A DNA stretch of 64,000 bases. Origin: an uncultured Gammaproteobacteria bacterium (GTDB lineage: Bacteria; Pseudomonadota; Gammaproteobacteria; Methylococcales; Methylomonadaceae). The notes under the pieces are model-generated. The model was not told the origin of the DNA, did not search any database, and saw only the letters and a list, made by a program, of their open reading frames with translations. The DNA is taken from positions 318,546 to 382,545 of the forward strand of contig CAWBFT010000049.1 in the NCBI GenBank assembly GCA_963788135.1, read 5' to 3'. Positions 10,271-20,826 of this stretch are shown here, piece after piece; position 1 is the first letter of the stretch, and each line of letters starts with the position of its first letter. A program made the position numbers and the translations under genes.

Positions 10271-11731
10271 TCACTCTCGAGTAATATTGTCCCCACCAAA
10301 AGACTTGAACAACGCGACATGTCCAACTGCCCAGTTCAAGCGACTTTGCACCAGTTTTTCGCGGGCCTGATGCCAGACCCTCCGGCTGTCCAAAACGATT
10401 TGCAGGTCGCTTTCACCCTCGGTGTAGTAGGCTTCAGCGGTTTCTGCAGCCTGGCGAGCCGAGCGTTCGGCTATTTCCAAGCTTTGCTGGCGATCATGTT
10501 CGCTTTGTAAATTCGCCAGCCCGTCTTCAACTTCTTTTAGCGCGTTCAGTACCGACTTTTCGTAGGTTGCCAAGGCTTCTCGGTAGCGTGCCTCTTGGGC
10601 ATCGACATTGGCCAGCAGCCTTCCGGCCTGAAAGATCGGCAGGGATAAGCGTGGTCCAAACCCATAGAAACCGCTGGATAAACTAGTGAAGTTACTTAGG
10701 TCCTGGCTTTGGAATCCGGCCGAGCCCGTCAAGGATAATTTCGGAAACAACTCTGCCACTGCCGCACCTATCGATGCGTTTGCAGACGCAACCACACGTT
10801 CGGCTTGACGGATGTCTGGGCGTCTCCGCAGTATATCTGACGGCAAGCCGGGGGCAATTTTCGGTGGCAACGGAATTGATACACTCAGCATAGCCAATTC
10901 TGTATCCAAAGCCGTCGGAGCCAAACCAGACAATAGCGCCAAGGCATGACGATGGTTTTTGATTTGCGCAGAGATAGGCGCAACAGTGCTTACGGCGGTT
11001 TCCAATTCCGCTTTGGCCCGCTGCACATCGAGAGCAGTTGTCAAACCTTCTTGGTAGCTGGCCTCGGACAAGCGAAGGATTTCGTGCTGGTTTTTAACAT
11101 TGTCTTCGGCTATTTCCAGCTGGCAATGCAGCGATTTCATTTCCAGGTATGTTCGCGCGACTTCGGCGGTAAGGCTCACTTTGATATCGCGCTTACTTTC
11201 TGCGATGGCTTCTGCGTTAGCGTCGGCCGCTTCCTGCTTTCGGCGTATACCGCCGAATAAGTCCAATTCCCAGCTGCTGTCGAAACCGGCTTGAAACAAA
11301 TTAAACGGCGAGCCTATAGGGCCGAAGGCCGTCGACTGACCGTTACCGTTTTGTAATGAGCCCATCATACCCAACAAGGCATTGGGACTGATGCGTTCGC
11401 GCTGGTAGGCGCTGGATGCATTGACGCTGGGCCAACGCTCGGCGTCGGTTGCATCGCGCTGGGATCTGGCCGCTTGGATGCGTTCACCCGCGGCTTTGAG
11501 ATCAAGATTGCCTTGTAAGGCATGTTCGATCAAACGGTTGAGCTTGTCGTCGTTGAAACCTCGCCACCATGGCAGCGATTCGGACTCGTGTCCTGGAGCC
11601 AATAGGGTTTCCGACCAGTTACTCGGCAAAGCCAGTTCAGGCGGCACATAATCCGGACCTACTGCGCAAGACGTCATCAAAACTAAGCTTAGTGCACCTG
11701 ACCACGTTTTGGCTTTTGATAAACCAATCAT
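10271..11731 (-). CDS. RND efflux outer-membrane lipoprotein, NodT family
   Basis: 486 aa. Lipobox ...LMTSCAVGPDYVPP. OEP repeats. Confidence 0.85.
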   Translation of the reverse strand: MIGLSKAKTWSGALSLVLMTSCAVGPDYVPPELALPSNWSETLLAPGHESESLPWWRGFNDDKLNRLIEHALQGNLDLKAAGERIQAARSQRDATDAERWPSVNASSAYQRERISPNALLGMMGSLQNGNGQSTAFGPIGSPFNLFQAGFDSSWELDLFGGIRRKQEAADANAEAIAESKRDIKVSLTAEVARTYLEMKSLHCQLEIAEDNVKNQHEILRLSEASYQEGLTTALDVQRAKAELETAVSTVAPISAQIKNHRHALALLSGLAPTALDTELAMLSVSIPLPPKIAPGLPSDILRRRPDIRQAERVVASANASIGAAVAELFPKLSLTGSAGFQSQDLSNFTSLSSGFYGFGPRLSLPIFQAGRLLANVDAQEARYREALATYEKSVLNALKEVEDGLANLQSEHDRQQSLEIAERSARQAAETAEAYYTEGESDLQIVLDSRRVWHQAREKLVQSRLNWAVGHVALFKSFGGDNITRE

Positions 11732-14700
11732 CTATTCCTCCTTGATTCCCAACCAAGTTGCGTACAAGGCGGGCAGGAACAACATGGTCAATACCGTCGC
11801 CACTAACAATCCGCCCATGATTGCGACTGCCATCGGCCCCCAGAACACGCTACCGGTCAACGGTATCATCGCCAAAATAGCGGCCACCGCAGTCAGCAAG
11901 ATAGGCCGTAATCGCCGAACGGCAGCTTCGATGATGGCATCCCAGGGCCTGAGTCCAGCGGAGATATCTTGTTCGATTTGATCGACCAGGATCACTGAAT
12001 TACGCATGATCATACCGGCCAAAGCGATCACACCCAGCGTGGCAACGAAGCCAAAGGGGGCATGGAAGATTAATAAAATGATGGACACACCTATCATTCC
12101 CAACGGCGCGGTCAGTAAGACCATTGCCGTGCGTTTGACGCTTTGCAGCTGTATCATCAACAGCGTGACCAGACCCAAAAGCATCACCGGCATCACCGCG
12201 TTGATAGATGCCTCGGCTTTCTGACTGCTCTCGACCGCGCCTCCCAACTCGATGCGGTAACCGTCCGGCAACTTGGCACGCAAAGGTTCCAACAGAGGTT
12301 CAATTTGCGCGGTCACCTCCGGTGCTTGGCTGTCGTCGCGGATGTCGCTACGAACGGTAAAGGTCGGGAATCTGTTTCGGCGCCAGATGATGCCTTCCTC
12401 GAAACCATAGTCGCTTCGTACCAATTGGCCCAAGGGTACCGCCTTGCCACTACGAGTGTGGACGTTGATTTCCTCAATCAAAGCCGGATTTTTGCGCTCG
12501 CCGGGTTCGGCTCGCCCCAAGACCTCGATCAGCTTGTTGCGCTCGCGGTAATCGGTTATGCCTAAACCCGATAGCATGGTGTTCAATACAGTGGAAATGT
12601 CTTGGGAACTGACGCCTAATACGCGAGCCTTATCCTGATCGACGTCCAGCCTCACTACCTTGCTGGGTTCGCTCCAGTCCAACTGTACGTCTTGGGTATG
12701 CGGGTTAGTGCGCATCACCTCGGCGACCTGCTCGGCGATTTGCCGGGTTTGGGCAATGTCGCGACCGGAGACTCTGAACTGCACAGGAAAACCAACCGGA
12801 GGGCCGTTTTCCAGGCGGGTCAGTCGAGCGCGCAACAGGGTAAAATCGTTGTCGAACGCTTTACGCAGTCGGGCGATCAGTTTTTCCCGCGCCGGCAAAT
12901 CCTTGGTTAGCACCACGAGCTGAGCAAAATTATCGTGATCCAGTTGTTGATCCAAGGTCAGGAAAAATCGAGGTGAACCGGCGCCGACGTAACTGACGAA
13001 ATTGACAATGTCGGGATCATTCTTTAACAACGCCTCGGCTTTCAGCGTTGCCGCTTCGGTAGACTGTATCGACGAACCCTGCGGCAACCAGAGGTCTATT
13101 AACACTTCCGGCCTATCGGAAAACGGAAAGAATTGTCGTTCAACCAGACTAAGCGCAGCTATCGATACTGCAAACAAAATCGCGGTGGCGGTCAACACCA
13201 GACGCCGCCGGCGCAAACAACTTGTCAATACGCGTCGAAATCTGGGATAGATGCCCCTGCTATAAACTTCGCTTTCGTCGTGTATGCCTTTGCCTTTCAT
13301 GTCCGGCAGCAGCAAATAGCCGATGTAAGGCGTAAAAATTACGGCCACCAACCACGAAGCCAGTAAGGCGATTGCCACCACAGCGAAGATCGTAAAACAA
13401 TATTCACCGGCCGAAGAACTGGCAAATCCCACAGGCGTGAAGGCTGCAGCCGTTACCAAAGTGCCGGTCAGCATAGGAAAGGCCGTAGAGGTGTACGCAA
13501 AGGTGGCGGCCTTGATACGATCCCAACCCTGTTCCATTTTTACCACCATCATTTCCACCGAGATGATGGCGTCGTCGACCAAAAGTCCCAAGGCGATGAT
13601 CAAGGCACCGAGCGAGATACGCTGCAAATCTATGCCGAGCAGCTTCATAACCAAAAAGGTCAAGGCCAATACCAATGGTACGGACAAGGCCACGACCAAG
13701 CCGGTACGCCAACCCAGGGACAGAAAACTAACTGCCAAAACGATAACGACGGCTTCACCCAGGCTTTTCATAAACTCGTGGATTGAACGCTTGACAACAC
13801 GTGGCTGATCCGAGACCTGATGAACGTCCATACCAACCGGCAGGTTTGCCGAAAGTTTGGCGATCTCGGTCGACAACTGCTCACCCAATTTCAGAATATC
13901 GCCGCCCTTCGTCATCGACACCGCCAAACCTATCGCATCCTCGCCCTGATAGCGAAACTTGGGTGTCATAGGCTCGGCATAGCCTCGATAGACGCGGGCG
14001 ATGTCGCCGACACGAAACTGACGACCGTTGGCTTCGATGCCGATCTCTTTAATGGCATCTACCGACTTCAAATCGCCACTGACTCGCATGTATACCTTGT
14101 CGCTAGAGGTTTCTATGCTGCCAGAGGGGTTCATGCCGTTTTGTTGGCGCAAGGTCTGAGCGATGGCCATGGGATCTATCCCCAGATTGGCTAGCTTGCT
14201 ATGCGAGACCTCAATAAAGACTTTTTCCTGCTGAACACCGAGCAAATCAACTTTGGCGACTCCGGGTATGGCCAATAATTCCTGGCGAACGTCGTCGACA
14301 GCGTCTTTCAGTTCGGCGTGGGTAAAACCGTCGGTGGTAAATGCGTAAATCGTGCCGTAGGTATCGCCGAATTCATCGTTGAAAAATGGCCCACGTACGC
14401 CTTCCGGTAGAGCATGAACGACGTCACTCAACTTCTTGCGTACCTGATACCAGGCATCCGGCACCGCCGTGCTGGGCGTGTAGTCTTTAAGATTGACGAA
14501 GATATAGCTCTTGCCTGGTTCGGAATAGCTTTGCACGAAATCCAGCCACGGCGTTTCCTGCAATTTTTTCTCCAAGCGGTCGGTGACTTGCTGTTCCATC
14601 TCGCGCGCCGTCGCGCCGGGCCATTCGGCGCTGACGACCATGGTTTTGATAGTGAACTCGGGATCTTCAGCGCGACTCAATGTTAGATAAGCCATCAGAC

Positions 14701-14782
14701 CGCCCAACATGATCACGACCAAGAGATAGCCGATGAATGATTGGTGGCGTAATGCCCAATCTGAGAGGTTTAGCTTAGTCAT
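11732..14782 (-). CDS. RND multidrug efflux transporter permease (AcrB/HAE1-like)
   Basis: About 1016 aa, 12-TM RND architecture. Start MTKLNLSDWALRHQ (ATG at 14782). The ORF-track extension would overlap the upstream MFP gene. Confidence 0.9.
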   Translation of the reverse strand: MTKLNLSDWALRHQSFIGYLLVVIMLGGLMAYLTLSRAEDPEFTIKTMVVSAEWPGATAREMEQQVTDRLEKKLQETPWLDFVQSYSEPGKSYIFVNLKDYTPSTAVPDAWYQVRKKLSDVVHALPEGVRGPFFNDEFGDTYGTIYAFTTDGFTHAELKDAVDDVRQELLAIPGVAKVDLLGVQQEKVFIEVSHSKLANLGIDPMAIAQTLRQQNGMNPSGSIETSSDKVYMRVSGDLKSVDAIKEIGIEANGRQFRVGDIARVYRGYAEPMTPKFRYQGEDAIGLAVSMTKGGDILKLGEQLSTEIAKLSANLPVGMDVHQVSDQPRVVKRSIHEFMKSLGEAVVIVLAVSFLSLGWRTGLVVALSVPLVLALTFLVMKLLGIDLQRISLGALIIALGLLVDDAIISVEMMVVKMEQGWDRIKAATFAYTSTAFPMLTGTLVTAAAFTPVGFASSSAGEYCFTIFAVVAIALLASWLVAVIFTPYIGYLLLPDMKGKGIHDESEVYSRGIYPRFRRVLTSCLRRRRLVLTATAILFAVSIAALSLVERQFFPFSDRPEVLIDLWLPQGSSIQSTEAATLKAEALLKNDPDIVNFVSYVGAGSPRFFLTLDQQLDHDNFAQLVVLTKDLPAREKLIARLRKAFDNDFTLLRARLTRLENGPPVGFPVQFRVSGRDIAQTRQIAEQVAEVMRTNPHTQDVQLDWSEPSKVVRLDVDQDKARVLGVSSQDISTVLNTMLSGLGITDYRERNKLIEVLGRAEPGERKNPALIEEINVHTRSGKAVPLGQLVRSDYGFEEGIIWRRNRFPTFTVRSDIRDDSQAPEVTAQIEPLLEPLRAKLPDGYRIELGGAVESSQKAEASINAVMPVMLLGLVTLLMIQLQSVKRTAMVLLTAPLGMIGVSIILLIFHAPFGFVATLGVIALAGMIMRNSVILVDQIEQDISAGLRPWDAIIEAAVRRLRPILLTAVAAILAMIPLTGSVFWGPMAVAIMGGLLVATVLTMLFLPALYATWLGIKEE

Positions 14783-15881
14783 GGCCGCTCTCCAACAGCC
14801 TGACTTTTTGCCCAGCCACCAGTTTATGCACGCCGGCGGTGACGACACGTTCGCCTTGGTTCACGCCGCCGATGATCTTGGCGTTCTGATCGTCGTAGCC
14901 TTCGACCATGACAGCTCTTGGCTGGACAGTTTGGCTTTGATCATCGAATACCCAAACCGAGGGCTTGCCATCAAGCTCGGTCAAGGCGGTCAACATCAGG
15001 TTAGCGACAGGTTGATTCTCGTTTTTTTGGATATGTACCGTCGCGGTCATGCCCAAACTGACAGAATCGTCGGCTTCCGGCACGGACACTTTGATGGTAT
15101 ATGTACGCAATACTTCGTCGACCCCTGGTGAGATTTCCCGCAATTGACCTTGATAAAATCGTTCCGGATTAGCCCATAGATTGATCTTAATCGAACTGGC
15201 AGCCTTCAAATCCTGTAAGCGATTTTCCGGAATACTGGTTACCACTTCCTTTTCGTCGGCTCGAACTAAGCGAAAGATGGCTTGCCCCGCGACTATGATT
15301 TGCCCGGATTCGGCGTCGACGGAAGTAAGCACGCCGGCGTGATCGGCTCTCAACTCGGCGTAACCTGATTTTCGCGCATAGCTGCCTTGCGAGGCTTTGG
15401 CCGCAGCGACGCGCGCTTCAGCGTTTCTGACCTGGTCCTGGCGTTTATCCAGGGCCGCTTGGCTGGCCAGATCCTTTTGCTGCAGGTTAATAAGATGGTT
15501 TAAATCCTTGCGGGCTAGGTCCAATTCGGCTTGAGCCGCCGCGAGTTGCGCTAAAGCACCGGCTTCATCGAGTTTGACGTCGGCTTGGTCTAGCGTCGCC
15601 AGCAATTGACCACGCTTGACGACCATACCAACATCAACCAGGCGTTGAAGTAGTTTGCCACCGACTTGGAATGCCAAGGGGCTTTCGTGACGGGCCTTGA
15701 TCTCACCTGAATAACGAGCGGTGACCGCTATCTGTCGGTATTCGACCCCCGTCACTCTGACCGGGCGCGGCGGCGGATCGACAGGTTTAGTCTCGGAGCA
15801 GGCGACCAACAGAAAAGCCAATGGCAGGCAAAAAATTAACGGTGTACGAATCTCTTTAGATAGAAAGCTAATGCCAATCAT
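14775..15881 (-). CDS. RND efflux periplasmic adaptor (membrane fusion protein) lipoprotein
   Basis: Lipoprotein signal MIGISFLSKEIRTPLIFCLPLAFLLVACSE. HlyD_D23 / biotinyl-lipoyl-like domains. Start chosen at 15881. Confidence 0.8.
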   Translation of the reverse strand: MIGISFLSKEIRTPLIFCLPLAFLLVACSETKPVDPPPRPVRVTGVEYRQIAVTARYSGEIKARHESPLAFQVGGKLLQRLVDVGMVVKRGQLLATLDQADVKLDEAGALAQLAAAQAELDLARKDLNHLINLQQKDLASQAALDKRQDQVRNAEARVAAAKASQGSYARKSGYAELRADHAGVLTSVDAESGQIIVAGQAIFRLVRADEKEVVTSIPENRLQDLKAASSIKINLWANPERFYQGQLREISPGVDEVLRTYTIKVSVPEADDSVSLGMTATVHIQKNENQPVANLMLTALTELDGKPSVWVFDDQSQTVQPRAVMVEGYDDQNAKIIGGVNQGERVVTAGVHKLVAGQKVRLLESGHD

Positions 15882-16000
15882 CGAAGGTACTAACTGGATG
15901 AGTTTTGCATCAACCTTGGGCCGGTTCGAAAACCCGATGTAGGGCAGTAAATTTTTAACCAACGCCTGCCCATAGTCTTGCTCCCGATCACCGCAAATAG

Positions 16001-16585
16001 TCATCCTTGCAATGCCTCTATCACCACCTGCACTAATTGGCTGCCTTCGGGTGTAGTCCAACTGCCGGCAAGTTCGGCAATGAGTTGATTGGTGGTGGTC
16101 AGTGTGACGCCGCCTCGTTCCATCCGGCGCAAAGCAATGTCATCAGCCATCACAGTGGGTGAACCACCGGCATCGGCGACAACCTGCACCTCGAAATCAT
16201 CGCGGACTAAACTCAATGCGGGATAAACGGTGCATACATCATTGGTTACGCCGGCGACGATCAGTTTTTTGCGACCGGTTGCTCTGACCGCTGCGGCGAA
16301 GTTCTCATCGTCCATGGCGTTGACAATACCAAAACGTTTGATTCGGGCAGCAAAATCGGCTGGCAGGATACCCTCCAGTTCACTTAACAACGGCCCCTGC
16401 GCGTATTCTTCCATGCTGGAGGTCAGTACGACAGGTAACTTAAGGATACTAGCCGTCTTCGCCAGCATCAGCGCATTGCGTTTCATTTCTTCAAACGGAA
16501 TGGACTTTACCCAGCTCATGGTACCAACCTGATGGTCGATCAACAGCATGGCGGCATTATCGGAACTGAATTTTTCGTAACTCAT
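16001..16585 (-). CDS. Isochorismatase-family hydrolase (YcaC-like)
   Basis: Start MSYEKFSSDNAAMLLIDHQVG (isochorismatase N-motif). ATG at 16585 with an AGGAGA RBS. Confidence 0.8.
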   Translation of the reverse strand: MSYEKFSSDNAAMLLIDHQVGTMSWVKSIPFEEMKRNALMLAKTASILKLPVVLTSSMEEYAQGPLLSELEGILPADFAARIKRFGIVNAMDDENFAAAVRATGRKKLIVAGVTNDVCTVYPALSLVRDDFEVQVVADAGGSPTVMADDIALRRMERGGVTLTTTNQLIAELAGSWTTPEGSQLVQVVIEALQG

Positions 16586-16657
16586 GATGTTTCTCCTACG
16601 TTGTTGATGGGATGCATGCACCCATTGGGTAATAGCTGTTAACCAGCCAAAATAAAA

Positions 16658-17485
16658 TTACAAAGAGCCAAATTCCCCGCGTTGATAAGCGGCAATACGA
16701 TCCGCTAAGGCTTCAGGCGATGCCAACGCCAACGAACCCTGCCAATGCACCGGTTGCCGTAACGGCACGCCGGAAAACAGGACAGCCTTGGTATGGCCAT
16801 GCTTCGCTCTTAGCGTAATTTCAGAAGGCATTGCCTGGGCTGGAAACACTGGTAGCTTGGGTTGGTTGGCATCAAAGACTTCGCCGTTAATCTCCAGTGT
16901 GCCGAAGATCGGCATGACGAAAGCACTGTGGCCATTCGGGATTGGCACTGACAGACTGGCTCCCTCATCCAGCGAGATGTCGAGCAGGCGGACCTCTGTC
17001 GGCGGGTGTAACGGGGAATGTGCCTCGCCAAAGACACCAAGAGGTACGCGGACTTTCACGCCGGGCAACTGCACGATGGGCACGTCTTGTGGCTCAAGGC
17101 TTAACGCAAACGCTTCGGCGTCCTGCTTATCAGCAGCCAAGTTGACGAAGATTTGCAGCATATGCACGGTCTTGCCGATCTCGGCTGGCACTTCGTTATG
17201 AATGATCCCGCTACCGGCCGCCGTCCAGTGCAGACCACCAGGCTGAATGTGGTTACGATTTCCCAGCGAATCCCGGTTATCGATGCCGGTTTCCGAATCG
17301 AGAAACAGGTAAGACACCGCTGAAAAACCTGCGTGGGGATGCGGCTGGAAGGTTGGCGTACTGATCCAGGCATGATCGACACCGAGAAAAGGGTCAATCG
17401 GTTCGGCCATCTCGCCACCCCGTAGCGAGTAAGCGCGAAAACCACTGCCTATGTTCATGGGGTGTAATTGCGCGATATTACTCAT
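16658..17485 (-). CDS. Pirin-family protein (bicupin)
   Basis: Pirin N-domain metal-binding motif HPHAGFSAVSYLF...H...E. Confidence 0.8.
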   Translation of the reverse strand: MSNIAQLHPMNIGSGFRAYSLRGGEMAEPIDPFLGVDHAWISTPTFQPHPHAGFSAVSYLFLDSETGIDNRDSLGNRNHIQPGGLHWTAAGSGIIHNEVPAEIGKTVHMLQIFVNLAADKQDAEAFALSLEPQDVPIVQLPGVKVRVPLGVFGEAHSPLHPPTEVRLLDISLDEGASLSVPIPNGHSAFVMPIFGTLEINGEVFDANQPKLPVFPAQAMPSEITLRAKHGHTKAVLFSGVPLRQPVHWQGSLALASPEALADRIAAYQRGEFGSL

Positions 17486-17496
17486 GACCGCATGCC

Positions 17497-18567
17497 TCAC
17501 TTAGCGTTCGTTTCGTTTAAAAACGGGTAATCGGTGTAGCCTTCCGCACCGGGCGTGTAGTAGGTATTCTTGTCCGGGCTGTTAAGTGCCGCACCTTGAC
17601 GGAACCGCTCGGGCAAATCGGGATTCGCCAGGAAAGCACCACCAAACACCGTGGCGTCGGCACGGTCATCAGCCAACGCGGCTTCAGCACTGGCCTGGTT
17701 AAGACCGCCACCCATCAGGTACGCGCCACTGAAGCGTGAGCGTAACAAGGTGTGATAGTCGAATTTGGCCCCGAACAGTGCGACGTGCAGGTAAGCCAGA
17801 TTCAAGTCACGCAGCTGATCAACCAGGTAGGTATAGGTTTCTTGAGGATTAGCATCGACGATGTCGTTGAAGTTCATTTCCGGAGAAATCTTGATCCCGA
17901 CCCGATCCCCGCCGGCCTCAGCCACCATTGCCGCCAACACGTCCAGTACAAAACGGGCTCGATTGGCGACAGAACCACCGTATTGATCCTGGCGCTGATT
18001 GCTGCCGGAAGACAGGAACTGTTCAGGCAAATAGCCGGAAGCGGTGTGGAGTTCGACGCCATCGAAACCAGCCTCGAGGGCGCGGCGGGTAGCGAGTCGA
18101 TAATCATCGATCACACCAGCGATTTCCTCCAGGGTGAGCTCGCGGGGCGTGACAAAGTCCTGCAAGCCGTTGGCGGTCCAGGTTTGGCCGGCTGGCTTGG
18201 TCGCGGAAGGGGCGACGGGTTGTGCTTCATTAGGTAGCAGCGAAGGATGCGAGATGCGACCACAGTGCATCAGTTGCATGAAAATACGACCGCCGTTGGC
18301 TTGAACAGCGTCAGTCACTTTCTTCCAGGCGTTAACCTGAGCATCAGTCGCTATCCCCGGCGTGCGCACATAGCCCTTGCCCATGACTGACGGAAAAACG
18401 CCTTCGGTGATGATCAAACCCGCGCTGGCACGTTGCCCATAATAAGTCGCGGCTAGATCGCTAGGGACGCCGTCGTCGTCAGCGCGTGAACGGGTCATCG
18501 GTGCCATGATCAGGCGGTTTGGCAACGTATGACGACCAAGTCGAACGGATGTGAAGAGTTGGCTCAT
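17497..18567 (-). CDS. NADH:flavin oxidoreductase, Old Yellow Enzyme family (NemA-like alkene reductase)
   Basis: 356 aa. OYE N-terminus LFTSVRLGRHTLPNRLIMAPMTRSRA and the MQLMHCGR motif. Confidence 0.85.
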   Translation of the reverse strand: MSQLFTSVRLGRHTLPNRLIMAPMTRSRADDDGVPSDLAATYYGQRASAGLIITEGVFPSVMGKGYVRTPGIATDAQVNAWKKVTDAVQANGGRIFMQLMHCGRISHPSLLPNEAQPVAPSATKPAGQTWTANGLQDFVTPRELTLEEIAGVIDDYRLATRRALEAGFDGVELHTASGYLPEQFLSSGSNQRQDQYGGSVANRARFVLDVLAAMVAEAGGDRVGIKISPEMNFNDIVDANPQETYTYLVDQLRDLNLAYLHVALFGAKFDYHTLLRSRFSGAYLMGGGLNQASAEAALADDRADATVFGGAFLANPDLPERFRQGAALNSPDKNTYYTPGAEGYTDYPFLNETNAK

Positions 18568-18671
18568 AGTGTGTTCCTCATAAAATTACGTTGGACACAT
18601 GATCTACTAAAGTGAATTCGGGATAAAGTAGGTATAATTGAAATCTTTGATCCATACATGGAGCAATCAAA

Positions 18672-19553
18672 GTGGAACTCTTGAATGACATGGCCTTATT
18701 CGTCGAGGTCGTTAAGGCGCGAGGCTTTCGGAATGCTGCCGAGGCTGTCGGGATACCTAACTCCACGGTATCGCGCCGGATCAGTGCCCTGGAAAAAGCC
18801 ATTGGACTGCGGCTGCTGCACCGAACCACACGTAAAATCGAGTTGACGGAGGCGGGCCTGATCTATTTCGAACGCTGCAAACGTATCGTTGATGAGGCCA
18901 AACTGGCTCATGAACAGCTCGGGGAGTTGTTGGCACAGCCGAGTGGCGTATTGCGGGCATCACTGCCGGTGGATTTTGCCAATATCTATCTAGCACCATT
19001 GATTGCCGAGTTTGCACGCCAATATCCTGGCATCAGCTTCGATTTTGACCTGACGCCTCGATTGGTGGACCTCGTGTCTGAACCTTTTGACGTTGCCATC
19101 CGCATGGGTAACCAACCGAACTCGAATCTGATTGCGCGTCGGTTGACGGACTTGAGGCGCTATCTCTACGCTTCACCACGCTATCTCGAAAATTTTGACG
19201 AACCGGCTCATCCAGCTGATTTGGCGCTGCACGAATGCATCGGATTCAAAACGACAAAAGCCAGTACCTGGACATTGCACAGTTCCGATGACTCGGTTGA
19301 AGTCGTCGTCGGTGGCCGATTCCAACTCAATAGCGTTGGCTTGATCCGGCGACTAGCCATGCTTGATCTGGGAATCACCATCCTGCCTGAGGAAATTGTC
19401 GTCGAAGACGTGGCACAAGGACGGTTATGTCGAATTCTCCCTGACTGGGAAGGGCCATCAACCCCCGTCTACGCGATGACCGAGACACGATTGTTACCGG
19501 CCAAGACGCAACGCTTTATCGACTTTTTGCGGGATCGTTTAGGCAACAGCTGA
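18672..19553 (+). CDS. LysR-family transcriptional regulator
   Basis: 293 aa. N-terminal LysR HTH (FVEVVKARGFRNAAEAVGIPNSTVSRRISALE). Divergent from the OYE gene. Confidence 0.85.
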   Translation: MELLNDMALFVEVVKARGFRNAAEAVGIPNSTVSRRISALEKAIGLRLLHRTTRKIELTEAGLIYFERCKRIVDEAKLAHEQLGELLAQPSGVLRASLPVDFANIYLAPLIAEFARQYPGISFDFDLTPRLVDLVSEPFDVAIRMGNQPNSNLIARRLTDLRRYLYASPRYLENFDEPAHPADLALHECIGFKTTKASTWTLHSSDDSVEVVVGGRFQLNSVGLIRRLAMLDLGITILPEEIVVEDVAQGRLCRILPDWEGPSTPVYAMTETRLLPAKTQRFIDFLRDRLGNS

Positions 19554-19825
19554 GCGCTAGTGAGCCTCCTTCAACATAGATCTCAAAGTTATTCATAAAA
19601 TGGGTAAGAATGTTTCTCTAGCTACCCAATGCCAAAATAATACCGCTTGAAAAGACCGCGCGTAACTAATTGAAATATATAGTGAGAAATTTAGCCCTTT
19701 GCGGACTTTCTCTTTTTGGAGCCGCCAGAATCGGAGAGAAAATAGGCCGGTAGAGAGTTAAATTGGGCCAATACACTATCGAAATGGTGCTCGTCAAAGT
19801 CCGCTGGAACCCGCAGCAACAGACA

Positions 19826-19857
19826 ATAAAAAAGCCCAACTGAGACCAGTTAGGCTT
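19826..19857 (-). terminator. Putative rho-independent terminator on the minus strand inside the ORF-free region
   Basis: Minus strand reads AAGCCTAACTGGTCTCAGTTGGGCTT followed by TTTTTT. Confidence 0.45.
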
Positions 19858-20679
19858 TGAAAATTGGTGGAGAAATCGGGATATGAACTCAAGTCCATGC
19901 ATTTATTGGATGATTTAAGATCATCGAAGACAGCTTTGCAACCCAATTCGGCCTATCAAAAGCTATGAAATTTGACTACTTGTATGACGCAAATTGGCCG
20001 AACTCGATTATTGAAATATCCAAAGGCTTTAGATTGGTGAAAGTCCGCAAAGACACCTCAAGCAGCCTTTCACCCTCATTAAAACTTTAACTGTTTACAA
20101 ATCTAATTCCTTGTAATGACAAGTTTGTCATGAGCGTCCGATTTCTGGAGTATTGCCCTGATCTGTTCAAGGGCCGCAAAGGGTCGACAGCACCAATTCG
20201 AATTTCTGGAATCGCGATATTTCTCAACGCCCGCTTTCGTGACTTTACAGACATCTGAAAATTATTTTAGCTTGTTAACCTTTTGACGTTTTCAAATCAG
20301 AATGAATTTTCGGTTAGATAACTTGGTTGACATTGATGGTAAATTAATCAATCGACTGCTCAATTGTTATGCATGAGTTGGATATGACCCGCCTTACGAT
20401 GCATGGGTAAGCAAATAAAATTTGCCTAAACTTTGGAAGCGAGTTTTACTTTTACAGGTTAACAAAGGTTAACAAGTCTGTAGAAAGCCTTAGGTTGTTT
20501 GCCGCATCGGCGTTATCAAAGGGTTTATGCGGGTATCAATAAATTCTAACATTATCACTAATTGTTTTTGCACCAATTTGTTTACTTGTATAAGCGCTAA
20601 TTGCACTGAAATTGTGCAAAACCAGTTGAATTGACCATCATTAACAGCGTTAGCCCTTGCAATTAGGCGTAGAAAAAAA

Positions 20680-20695
20680 TGGCATGAAGAATGCA
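20680..20695 (+). promoter_or_regulatory. Sigma-54-like -24/-12 promoter element
   Basis: TGGCATgaagaaTGCA against consensus TGGCACG-N4-TTGCW. GG and GC dinucleotides at the correct spacing. Confidence 0.35.
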
Positions 20696-20739
20696 TTAAT
20701 TTCAGTAAGGTTGTTCTCATCGTGTGTTGTACCTTCTCG

Positions 20740-20777
20740 GGCGCTGCTCTTTTGACAAGACCAGCGCCATTTTTTTA
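20740..20777 (+). terminator. Rho-independent terminator-like hairpin about 50 nt upstream of the ATP-grasp gene (possible attenuator or sRNA 3' end)
   Basis: GGCGCTG...(16-nt loop)...CAGCGCC followed by ATTTTTTTA. Confidence 0.45.
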
Positions 20778-20826
20778 CTGCACGAGATATTAACTTAGGA
20801 TAAAAAAAGTTATTAAAGGAAGTGTT

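Noticed and set aside
11732-15131. Multiple 70-140 aa plus-strand ORFs antisense to the RND pump and MFP genes
   Set aside because: They lie entirely inside strongly supported minus-strand CDS in GC-rich DNA. Such antisense ORFs are expected by chance.
19790-19860. Resemblance of AAAGTCCGCTGGAACCCGCAGCAACAGA to the RNase P RNA P4/J-region (GAAACCCACGACCAGTGCAACAGAGAG)
   Set aside because: It is only a short patch. The flanking sequence is AT-rich and lacks the GGAAAGTCCGGGCTCC and GGGTGAAANGGTGCGGTAAGAGCGCACC conserved blocks, so it is not an rnpB gene.
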